The notes beneath the pieces are model-generated. The model was given only the letters and a program-made list of their open reading frames with translations, had not been told where the DNA came from and did not search any database. This document shows, piece after piece, positions 40,871 to 53,162 of a stretch of 64,000 nucleotides of DNA. Every line of letters starts with the position of its first letter. Within the stretch, counting starts at the first letter, position 1. The position numbers were made by a program, and so were the translations under genes. Source of the DNA: Octopus vulgaris (lineage: Eukaryota); contig OX597820.1 in NCBI GenBank assembly GCA_951406725.2, forward strand, positions 104,904,001 through 104,968,000, given 5' to 3'.

Positions 40871-43517
40871 AGGCTGTTTTGGTAAGAGATTCGAGTACTA
40901 TACTTAGCATGTGTACAATATAAAACCTCTCAGATTCATTCTTAACATGAAGATTTTCTGCTGCACCATGTAGAATGCTTTGCTGGTGTCAGAAACATTT
41001 AGTTGTCTTCTATATTATATGTATCTTCCTCTTATGAGCTTCACCTAGTATTTCTTTGAATCTATATACCATTGAAGGATTGTTTAACACCCATGTCTTC
41101 TTTCTTGATATTGCAATATATCTCTTTATTTTTAGATGAGAAATGAATAATGAAAAAAATTATTTAAAAAATTTTCTTCAGAAATGCAACCATTTGACCT
41201 GAATGGTTAAATATGTTGCAGTAAATGCTGAGGGTTAATATGCCATTACTAACCTGTTTTCATTGCCAACATACTCAAATCTCACTGTTACAGTTCATCT
41301 AATTGTAGAAAGGAAAGATGAACAAAGCAATGAGCATTTTATTAGTCTGAGGTACTGTTGAGTAAATGACTTCTGAGTATCTGGTCTATGATGCAAACAC
41401 ACACACTGCAGGCCTTGACCCAAACAATTTGTTCACAATCATGCTAAAGAAGACAATTCAGTTGATAATATACTCCAATATACATCATGAATGACAGAAA
41501 AATAAGAGATGTGATGGTCACCAGTGGAACTTCTTTGATCATAGCTCGGCTCAATCAGACAAGTGGATATTTCTTCTTCTATCACTGGTTTCATGCTGTA
41601 ATAATGGCCAAAAAATTCAATCCTTCACCAAGCTGTAACAATAAGCATTATCTGTAGATATCACTCACTGTATCTATACATAGTTCTGTGGACAGTACCA
41701 TCATCACTATTATTTTGATGTTCACTTTTCAACCATGCTAGCATAAGTCAGATAAAATTCATCAAGGCAGATTTTTTATTGTTGGATGCACTTTCTGTTA
41801 CTAACTCTTACTTGTGTACAAGTATGTGGTTTTTTTTATTCCAGAAGTTTTCAGAAATGCAGAGGACTGGTCATAATGTCAGCAAGGAATGTCCATAACA
41901 TCATCAGTTCCTTAAACTGAAAGGAATGTCCAAAGCATCACCAATTCATGCACACATACGCATACACACACCTTTTGTATTACATTTATTTTTCTATCCT
42001 TCCATGGATTAAATATATTACTGAGACATTGTTTTACAGCCAGATGCCCTTATTGTCACTAACCCTTACCTGTCTTTCAAATAAGGGATCTCTTGGTCTA
42101 TACAACTCTGAAGGCATGAGGTAAGTGACTGATTTGTTGATAGAGGTGACAACAACATCGCTCATACATCATAGAAGTAAACATGGATGTAAAGAAACAT
42201 ACCAATTCACACATTATACTCTTTACTCTTTTACTTGTTTCAGTCATCTGACTGCGGCCATGCTGGAGCACCACCTTTAGTCGAGCAAATCGACCCCAGG
42301 ACTTATTCTTTGTAAGCCCAGTACTTATTCTATCGGTCTCTTTTGCCAAACCGCTAAGTTACGGGGACGTAAACACACCAGCATCGGTTATCAAGCAATG
42401 CTAGGGAGACAAACACAAACACATACATATATATATATAGACATATATACGACAGGCTTCTTTCAGTTTCCGTCTACCAAATCCACTCACAAGGCTTTGG
42501 TCGGCCCGGGGCTATAGCTGAAGACACTTGCCCAAGATGTCACGCAGTGGGACTGAACCCGGAACCATATGGATGAACTTCCATACAGTTTCCATGTAGC
42601 AAATTAATTCACAAGATATTGGTCAGTTCTAGATTATAGTAGAAAACACTTGCTCAAGCTGCTATGCAGCAGGACTGAACCCAAAACTATATAATTGTGA
42701 AATGAACTTCTTAACCACACAGACCTACCTGATAGTGACTCTCAGAGAAAGGGGAGATAATTTCAAAAAATTCAGAATTAATCCTTCAAAGTTAATTTAC
42801 CTTTCTTAGAAAGAAAATCTAATATTTGTTCGCAAATAAGGATTACAACTACAATGTTAGGAGCAGGAAGGGCATCCTGCTGTAAAGCAATACTTCAATA
42901 ATATATAAATCATACAAACACGGGAAAAACCGCATGTAAAAATTAAAGAGCAAATATTACAGTGATATTTAAAATGTGTTAAAATACCATAAAACCAAAT
43001 TTAATCTTTAAAGACAGTAGTACTGATCTTTGTTGATTTCAAAAAGTGTAAATAAAAACAGTTAAACTGAAAATGTGTGTGTGCACAAATGTCTTATAAA
43101 AACACAAAAGAAAAGAATAAAACAATTTGAATATTTCATTGGGTTCCATATTTTGGACATTTATTTCATCAAAAAAATTTTAAAAAAACAACAACAATAA
43201 TATTGATTGCTTAAGGCACGGTGAGAAGTCATCATTGATAACATTATTACAGTTTGTTGTTGGTTAGCTTAAAAAAAGTTCAAATTTCAATAATAATAAT
43301 TCTTCCTATTATAGGCACAAGGCCAGCGATTTTTTTAGAAGGAGGGAAGTCAATTACATTGACCCCAGTGCTTAACAGGTATTTATTTTATTGACCCTGA
43401 AAGGATGAAAGGCAAAGTTGATCTTGGCAGAATTTGAACTCAGAACATAATGAGTCAGAAGAAATACCACTAGGCATTTTGTCTGACACACTAATGATTC
43501 TGACAGCTCACTGACTC

Positions 43518-43571
<54 letters not shown>

Positions 43572-45728
43572 TCTGACATGGTACAAAGCCAGAAATCTAG
43601 GATGTGAGGTTAGTCAATCAAAGCTAACCTAAAACTTCACTGGTAGTTTATTTATTAACCCCAAAAGGAGAAAAGGCAAAATTGATCTCAGCAGGATTTG
43701 AACTCAGAATGTAAAAAGTTGCAACAAAATACAGCATAGGCTTTTGGTCTCATGCTCTAAAGATTCTGCTAATCCAAAATTATAACAACAACATTTTTCT
43801 TTTTGGTGTGACAGAAAACTGCTCTTTTTAGAGAGAGGTATATGTTGCTTGCATTGACCCGAATATATAATTAATACTATTCACCCACCCCTCAGTAGTG
43901 GTATTTGAACCTGAGACTAAGAGACTGAGGTATTTAGTTAAGCACAGCAGTCTTGGTCATTGAATAAGCATTAGGTCAAATTTTACAGGATGGTGGGGTA
44001 ATTGAAACAACCCTATATTTGCAGTAGTATCATAAGAAACATATTGCAGGAGTATCATAAGGAACATATTGAATAAATGTGCTTGCTAGTTGCTTGCATT
44101 TAAAATGTGACCCTTTGTGTGCAAGTGTGTGTGCCTAATTCCAAATGATTGAGAACCATTTTCCTATCTGGAACAAGCTGGGACTATAATCAGTTATATG
44201 TAATCTCTTTAGTACTACAATGAGCATTATTCGTAGTATAACTACAATTATTATCATTATCATAATTATTGTAATGCAAATACATACAAGCATTATGTAT
44301 GTGTGATTGTGTGTGTATGCAATTAGTACAGAACAAAGCCTCTCTTCGGTCATTTCTAGTAATAAACAGTTCCAACTAAGATAAAAATAATATATTCAAA
44401 ATTAATTTTAAATGTATGAAAATAATTATTTAACCAGATCTTTTGACATGAAGTTAGTGATTCCTAAAACAATGATTCAATGTTGATAAGATAATAATAA
44501 TGATAATAATAATAATAATAATAATGATGATGATGATGATGATTTATTACATGAGCACAAGGCCAGAAAATTTGGTGTGTGTGGAGAGGAAGTGCAGTTA
44601 ATGATGTTGACGTCAGCAGGATTTGAACTCAAAATCTGAGGAGACGCAACTAAATACTGCAAGGTATTTGTTTGTTGCCCTTATGTGTTCTGCCAATCTA
44701 ATGTTAATAATAATCCTTTCTAATTTTGGCACAGGGCCAGCAATTTAGAGAAGGGGAAGTTGATTACATCAACCCCAGTGCTTAACAGGTATTTATTTTA
44801 GCGACCCTGCAAGGATGGAAGGCAAAGTTGACCTCAATAGCATTTGAACTCAGAACAAACCCAGACAAAATACTTAGTAGCATTTCATCTGTCTTTGCAT
44901 TGTGAGTTTAAATCTACTAAGGTCAACTTTGCCTTTCATCTTTATGGGGTCAATAAAATAAGTATAAGTTGAGCCTTGTGCCGAAATTTGAGATTATTAT
45001 TATTATTATTATTTCTAATATAGGCACAAAATCAGAAATTTGGGAGATGAGTTTTATTATTTAAATTAAATCTAATACTTCACTGATACTTTATTTCATT
45101 AACCTCAGACAGCAGATGAAAAGCAAAGTTATCTTGGCTGGATTTGAAAACAAAAAAGGGAAAAGCAGAAATGCCAGGTAGTTTGTCTAAGTTTGTGACT
45201 TTGCCAGTCAACCACTCTAAAATTAATAATGATCTCTAAAATTGGTAGAAATACCTGCCTGGTACTTTAATCTCATTGACCCTGGGGGGATGAAAAGAAG
45301 AGTTGGCCTTGATGGGATTTGAACTCAACCGTAACTGATTACCACAAGGTATTGTGTTTGGCACTCAAACAATTCTGCCAAGTCAATAATAATAATAATA
45401 ATGATAATAATAACAACAACAACATGACATGGAAGACCTAACAGGAAAACAGGTGATTGCAAAAGAAGAGAAAAAAATTTCACAATACAAAAATATTATG
45501 AATGAAAAAAAAAAAGATAGAAGCATTTAAGCTTATGAAGTGAAATTTAAAAGAAAAAAAAATGAAAAGGTTGTAGAAAAAAGTATACAAAATAAGAGAG
45601 GAGGGGCAATAAATAAATAAATAAATCAAAGAATGTCAGTTCATGTTGCATTTTATAACAATTTCAATTGAGTGCATGTATATATGTGTCTGATGAAACA
45701 ATTGGCACAAAAGGAAATTCCATACATA

Positions 45729-45770
<42 letters not shown>

Positions 45771-45816
45771 CATACATACATACATATGTACCTACATACA
45801 TACATACATATGTACC

Positions 45817-45856
<40 letters not shown>

Positions 45857-45980
45857 TAGTTGAGGAAATTTCAGAAATAAGCAGTTATTGATAAAATATA
45901 ATAAGCACCATAGCCATCTCCTTGTAAAAACTTTTTTTGGTCTTTTTTCATTGTCAATTTTTTTTTTTCATTTTAAAAAT

Positions 45981-45986
45981 TTTATT
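45981..45986 (-). terminator. Possible polyadenylation signal for vinculin
   Basis: First AATAAA on the minus strand, about 240 nt after the stop. The context is very AT-rich, so specificity is low and the UTR may be longer. Confidence 0.25.
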
Positions 45987-46222
45987 CTTCCTATGATTTT
46001 TGTTTGCTTTTAAATGTAAATACTTAAAAATAATTTTTTAAAAAATGTAACGAACTATGAGTGGCCATAATCTCAAGCAGATTCTTATATAACGCAGCTT
46101 TAACTGTATCGTTTAATTCACTGCATTTGTCTAAACAAGTTACCTTCAAATCAGTAATGGTGTGCTAAGCCATAAACTTGCACTCACACAAAACATACTG
46201 AACCTTGAAAACACTGTTTAAC

Positions 46223-46389
46223 TTATGTATACCATGGCCTTTTACGGATCCATCTGATGGTGTAGCCAGAGTCAACACGGATCTTGATTGATGCAGCCTC
46301 TGCAGCACGCACAGTTTCTTTGACTGACTGCATAAGGTTCTGAGCATTACCGACTAACATCTCTGTTGCATCTTGGTCTTCTTGAGAAC
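46223..46389 (-). CDS. VCL: Vinculin last coding exon (helix 5 and C-terminal extension) with TAA stop
   Basis: ctattttccag|GT TCT CAA... translates (G)[54 protein letters not shown]. This frame is not in the ORF track; read manually. Confidence 0.97.
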
Positions 46390-47052
46390 CTGGAAAATAG
46401 ATGCATTAATTTGTTTAATATTAAATAAATACATTGTATTTCTTGTTTCTTTATAAGATATGCTCCAACTCAAATCAACATACAAAGACCAGTAATAAGG
46501 GAAACAATAAAAATTGCCCTGATTCATTAGACTTCAAAAAACCTGGGATTTGCATCCAAGATTTAATTCAAATGCTTAAGCCCCCAAAATATTCTGGATG
46601 TAAATCAAATACTTCAGTCTAGGATAGCAATTCTGGACATCAGTTTTGCACACTAGTTTAGAAGAGGATTTTAGATAAAGAGTTTGGGAAAGGAGAAAGC
46701 AAAGATGGTTGACTGGCCATGAAGTGAACTGATTAACTATAGTTTATGGGTTCCAACCTTAACAATCAATGCAGTGTATTTGAAATCAGAATAAACTCTC
46801 CATTACAAGGACAAATTATAAGTCTTATCTGAGTCACACATCTTTAAAAAAAAAATGTTTCAATGAATGTTAAGAACTATCGAAATATAAACAATCTGAA
46901 AGTAAAATTTCTAAAAAATAGCATTTCCTGGTTCTAAACAGCATTTAGGGGTTAATCAAAAGAGGTTACTAAGCAGTACTGCAAAAAAGTACTCAGTAAT
47001 TATACACTGCAGGAAGTATTTAAGATTCTCTTTATCAAATTTAGCCTACATA

Positions 47053-48263
47053 TTGAGTCTCCCATAAATAATGCAGTATTTTATACTTTTTATTTTTCAA
47101 AATTAAGATAAATGAAGTTCTTTTTTAATCTAAAATATACTCTCCTTTTTCCACAATGCTCTTCCATTTATCTGGTAGACTTGCAAGGCCCCTCTTCCAG
47201 AATTCACTTGTCCATGATAAAAAATACTTCTCCAGCACTGTTCTGACCTTGTCTACAGAATTCATATTTTTTCCATCTAAATGATTTTGAAGACTGCAGA
47301 ATAAATGATAATCAAATGGTGTATTGTCCAGTGAATATGGTAGGTGGGTTATTGTTTCCCATTCCAACTACTCCAGCCTTTGGAATGTCATCCTCACTGT
47401 ATGTGGCCAAGCATTATCCTGATGGAAGAACACCTTCCGTCTTGAAACTAAAGATGGTCATTTTTCTTCTAGCGCTTGCAGTAGATCACCTTTGTTATCA
47501 TTTGGTTTGAGTTTAAAAATTCGAAGTTGATTAAACCTTTCATAACCCACCAAACAGATAACACCATCTTACATAGGTGAAGACCTGTAGCCTGGAGTGC
47601 CGGTGTTTCTCCTTTCCCTACCCACTGTCTTCAGACATCTTTATAGAGACTCATTTCTCGTCACCAATCATTATTCAGTCCAAAAAAAGTTCATTCGTGA
47701 GACGTGACAGCAAAGAAAGGCACACATTCACTCTCTGCATGTGATTAGATTCAGAAAGTTTGTGAGGGACCCATTGACTCAATTTTCCGACTTTTCCGAT
47801 GTTACACAGGTGTCGATGAATGGTTGACTGACCGAATCCAAGCTTCTCTGCTAGTTCTTCAAAAGTTACGATGGAATTTTATTTCACTAGGGTTTGCAGG
47901 ACTTCCTCATTGAGGTCTACAGATGAGGTTTGTCTTCTAGGCTGTAGTTTCTGGCTCAGAATTTATGGAACCACTGTTGACACTGGCTTCCATTTATTGT
48001 CCATTCCACATATACTACATTAATATTCCTCACACTTTCCATTGCATTGTTGCCTTTATTGAACTCATAAAGCAAAATAAGCCAAATAATATGCTCCTTT
48101 GTCATTCCCATTACAGATTTGAAAAAAAAAAATAACTTAAAATCGAACAGTACTCTTCAAAACTTGCACTAAGAATAACAAGTTGATGCAGGAAGTGTAT
48201 CCCATCCCTCTCTGACTCTTAGTTCATGCAATTGAAAATCACATTATTTATGGTATGACCCAA
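47053..48263 (-). mobile_element. Degenerate full-length mariner in the last vinculin intron
   Basis: Imperfect TIRs ttgagtctcccataaataatg / cattatttatggtatgacccaa, TA-flanked. Motifs WVPHKL, IGDEK, HLPYSLDNTPFDYHLFCSLQNHL..GEYILD. Confidence 0.9.
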
Positions 48264-49863
48264 TACATTTGCTATACCTTCATTTACATTCATATAACTA
48301 CTGGATTTTTAATTTACTCTGGATGGTTGATGTAAGAGACAGTAATAAAATAAAACATGAATATAAGCAAGAAGTTTATTGTAAAAACAAAATACACATT
48401 TTGTACATTCTCTTTTTATGAGAGACTGGGAAGCTATCGGTCATTCAGCAAGAAAATGTAAAAACTCTCACTTCAATTTTACTGTTTGCTAATAATATAA
48501 ATAATTTTTTCAACTAAAAGCACAAAACTTGAAATTTTTGGGGAGGATGTAAGTCGATTACAAAGGGATGAAAGGCAAAAACGACCTCAACGGACTTTAA
48601 ACTCAGAATGTAAAGACAGACAAAATGCTGCTAAGCATTTTGCCTGGTGTGCTGACAATTCTGCCAGCTCACCACTTTAATAATAATAATGATCCTTTCC
48701 ACAATAGGCATAAGACCTGAAATTTCGGGAGGGGGGGGGGGATTAATTACATTGACCCTAGTACTTACCTTATGTTTATTTTCTAGCCCTCAGAAATGAT
48801 AAAAGGCAGAGTGAATCAATACTCTGTGAACTCAGAATGTAAAGGTATACAACTAAATAGGCATTTCATTGACCACTGTACCAATCCTGCCATAATAATT
48901 TCTTACAGAGATGTAAAGCTACCAATTCTGGGAATAAAGTTAGTCAAGTGACTCCAACGCTAGTACTATATTTTATCAATCCAATTTAGGATCAAATATT
49001 GAATTCTAATATGAGCACAAAGCACCAAATTTCACAGAGAGAATAACAAGACAAAAAGCAAAATTAAAGCTGGTAGAGTTAAACATAAAGGGAGATAACC
49101 GAATTACTCCAACGCATTTTGTCAGACTGTCTACAATTCACACAATATCATTCATTTATCTGATTTGATTTGAAAATATGGAAGTAACTATACAAAATAT
49201 AAAATTCATTATAAATAAATAGATAAGTAAAAATAAAAATAGCTGATCTCAATGCAACATTTAATGTGCAAAACAGACAACTACATATTTTACCATCTGC
49301 CTTGAACTCTCATCATTGTTGTAGTGCACCTGAGCACTGTACACAATGTTTATTATTATTATTATTATCATGAACAGGAAGGAAGTCTAAATACTCAAAC
49401 TTTGGGGAAAAAGAATGCCAGAAACTAAGATATTCTAAATGGGTTCAAATACTAAATGCTGTTAATAAATCTAACAAGGGAAGATATCTTGGGGGAGAAA
49501 AAAAGGAGGGTGGGATTAAATAAAATATTTGGCTAGGAACAAGCTATACACATCAATTCTTAATAAAGGTGGTAGGTTTCTCATCAAAATAAGCATCATG
49601 GAATAAAACAAGCTAAACAATTTAAAACTAAAGAAAACAAAATTTTGTAAAAAGACAAAAGAATATGGATTATATCAATCAAATATAGATATATTTAGCA
49701 TTTTATTTTTATTTTTCGAATATGTTTCAATTTCTTGAGGTTAGGGGACAGGAGGAAACAGGTGGGCAAAAGTTCATGCCTTTCCGTAAGGGCTTAGCAG
49801 AACGAGAGCAGCAAAACCGCTTATGACAAGGCACCAAGCCAAGCCGTAACAGATCCAGCTTAC

Positions 49864-49875
49864 CCACAGCCAAAC
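49864..49875 (-). CDS. VCL: Candidate 12-nt microexon of vinculin (adds GLAV)
   Basis: ttatttccctttacacccttttctttctcgaaaTGCtttgtcgtaaag|GTTTGGCTGTGG|gtaagc: pyrimidine tract, then TGC, then AG, with a strong donor. Frame-preserving. GCATG at 49775-49779 downstream. Confidence 0.65.
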
Positions 49876-50396
49876 CTTTACGACAAAGCATTTCGAGAAA
49901 GAAAAGGGTGTAAAGGGAAATAACTCTTTTCTTTCTTTTTTGATTTATTTCATCAGTAAATTGTTATGAAAGTGATTCAAGACCCAAGAGCTTTACGGAA
50001 GCATTTACCGAAATAACGAAATTCTCATTCCTCGAGTCACTTTTCTAACTTTTCTCCAATCATAAATGTAATTAAAAAAAAAAAGAAGGTATATAATTTT
50101 AATATTTCTAATCAGCAGAAAGTTGAGTTCTATTTCTTGTTTGTTTTCCCAAACCTTTGTGTGTGTGTATCAAACTCTCTCTCTATAAAGTCAATTATAT
50201 ATATGAGGCAAAATAAGGATAGGATTGCATGCAGTTGGGTGGTGTGAACAAAGTAATGTGGTGAAGGTTTCACAGGCATGTAACACCCTCGCACAAACCC
50301 CAACTCTTTTTCAAATCAGAAAAATAAATAAATAAATAAACTCATTAAAAAAAAAAAATAACTGCAAACTGTTCAGCATGCATCAACAGTACTTAC

Positions 50397-50402
50397 TTGA
50401 TT
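50397..50402 (-). CDS. VCL: Candidate 6-nt microexon of vinculin (AATCAA)
   Basis: gatcacag|AATCAA|gtaagt with a perfect donor. About 75 nt free of AG upstream, containing branch-like TTAAC (50442-50446) and two TGC motifs. TGCATG at 50377-50382 and 50228-50233 downstream. Frame-preserving in phase 1. Confidence 0.55.
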
Positions 50403-52408
50403 CTGTGATCCCCAAGCGGCAGTGAATATAAACGGCAAAGTGTTAATAGCAAGAAATTATGGCAACATCACAATGATATCTTAAGTGTGTGTATGTAGCA
50501 TTTTTTTTTTTTTGCTTTTTTGCTTTTGTAAAAGATATTTGATTAAACAGACTGTTGCCCAAGTCAAGAAACAAAAAAGGATGATTAAACTGTTTTATTA
50601 CACACATACACACTCATAGAATTTTGGAGTTGTTCTGTTTTCTTTTTAATCAAACACTGTATGTAAAGTAGTGGCTTTCAACCATTTTTTGCCTTTGATT
50701 CCTATTTTACTCAGATGAATCCTTATAGCCATCCAGTATTTAAAATATTCTGTTATATTTTTTTATAATTAGATATTATTAGGAATTGTATTTAAAAAAA
50801 AAAAATGAAACTATTTTGTGTATTGTAGAAGTATAAATAATTTATCTGCACATAAACTTTAACAACAAAATCTTATATGGACTCCCAATGGTCATATGAA
50901 CTCTTGAGGATCCAAAACCGCTAAAGCAATAATAATCACTGTGTGTCTGAGAGAGGGGAAGAGGAATCAGGTCTTACAAAAATGTAATTCAGAGAAGTTA
51001 CTGTTCATTGAGAAATAACATAGTAACATGTAAATAGTTGTTTCTCATTTAGGCACAAGGCTAACAATTTTTAGGGTAGGCAGTTTGTCAGTATTACTGA
51101 CCCCAGTACTTGACTGGTACTTTATTTTATTGACCTCAGAAGGACAAATGGCAAAGTTGACCTTTACATGATTTCAACTTAGAATTAACATATGATAAAA
51201 CTCTAAAGAGATGAAAGCACAAAGCTGGCCCTAACAAGATTTGATATATATTGTGATCTCCAGTTCATTTTTTTTTAAATATATAGTTTGCTTCAGCCTT
51301 ATTTTAAGTTCACCACTGAAAGTATTTAAAAGAATAGAACCAATGAAAGTGTCCACTTATGGTCCAACAACATGCCAGAAATAACAAACCAAATCTCTCC
51401 CTCTAATCATACTTCTATCTAAGAAAAAAAGACATCAAAAAATGTTGTGTTCAAATTGTGTCATGCCAAGAGGTCATGAGTGGAATATTTTTGAACATCA
51501 GTTGCCTCAGTCAGAGCTAACCTGGGGCTAAATAACAGCTAAAATCTTATTTTTTTTATCTTGAATTATAGTTAATATTTGAGGAAAATAACTAATTAAA
51601 GTGGAGAGTGACAGAACAGTTGTGTTGTCGAATATAGAAGAAATGTAAATTTAAATAATAATTCTCATAACAAAAAGTAAAATGCATTTAGAATCACTAT
51701 ACATAGTGAATAAGGAACTATAATTCATATAATTGTGTGAGCTAATGCAATATACCTTGTACAAGTAAGTATACAAATTAAAGTATCTGGAATAAGTAAA
51801 CTGACAAATATACCTTTAGTCTCTCTAGAATATATATATATATATATAAGATTCAGTTGAATTAGGTACTTAAGTTGAGGAACCAAGTCAGTCCGATATT
51901 GTCTCTGCACAGCTCGAAGTTAGGTGAATAAAAAGCAAATAAGTAACAAGAATGTTCAGGTATTAGTGCATTCTTTTATTCTCTAGTTCTGATGAAAGAT
52001 TTGCTATAAAATTATAATGGGGTATCCTATATGTTGAAAACCTGTATGGTCTTATTTCAAATTGATGTAATGCTTGCATTGATTAATAAAATGGAGCCGC
52101 TTGAAATGGCCATAATGCACTAATTCCTGGACATCCTTGTTACTTATTTGCTTCATATATATATATATATATATATATACTCAAAATAAGCAACAAGAAT
52201 AACTTCGGTTGCTTATTTTGATTATAATCACCCCATGGAATTTATATGGATAACACCATACAAAATTCTGGTGCATCTAACTTAAGTACCATATTCATTT
52301 GAATCTAAATTTTGCTGAACTTATTTGTATATATATATATATATAGTGTTCTTTATTTTTTATGCCCTATAAATTCCATATCATTTCCAGTAATTTGGTA
52401 TGTATGTA

Positions 52409-52499
<91 letters not shown>

Positions 52500-53123
52500 A
52501 TATATATATATAAGTGAACCATTCCTACCAATTATTGATAAACAAAGTCATACCTTAAAACAAAAATCTTGGATGGATAAATTAGTATTTTTTTTTTTTT
52601 TGGTTAACTATTACATTATTTATTAACTGTCATTAAACACTACATGGTAAATAACTATTATTAAACAAACACTTGATTTCTTTCCACTACTGTTTATATG
52701 TGATGGTTACGTGCAACTGATTAGAGCTACATGAAATAAACTGAGAGTTTGGATTTTACTGTTAGACTCAGATGTGCTTTAGAATTTACTGAAATGTGTT
52801 CATTTATTCTCTTAGTTAATTGATTACTGTTTGTTTTAGATTACAATTTAGTAGAACTAAACTACACTAAACATATCAGTTTAAACAACATTTAACTTAA
52901 ACATTCATTTCATACACATACAAAAGGCACACATATAAACATACACTCATAGCACTCACAGGTTCACATATACGTATGTTAAAATAACAAAATGATATTA
53001 GTAGTTGGCATGGCATATCGTGGCTTTTGTGTGGAGACTCTTGGTAGAGATTTTTTCTTTTTTTTTTGCAGCTATGTTCAAACAAACCATGCACAAAATT
53101 GTCAAGAAATGAGAAGAAATTAC

Positions 53124-53162
53124 CACAGGCAATCTCGCTACCATCAGGTGCTGGAATTGGCT
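53124..53162 (-). CDS. VCL: Candidate 39-nt alternative cassette exon of vinculin (adds EPIPAPDGSEIAC)
   Basis: atttgattctccag|AGCCAATTCCAGCACCTGATGGTAGCGAGATTGCCTGTG|gtaatt. Symmetric phase 1-1, open frame, coding-like GC content in an AT-rich intron. TGCATG 30 nt downstream (53088-53093). Confidence 0.75.

Noticed and set aside
50009-50023. Possible 15-nt exon gag|AATTTCGTTATTTCG|gtaaat
   Set aside because: Purine-rich acceptor with no pyrimidine tract and a weak donor.
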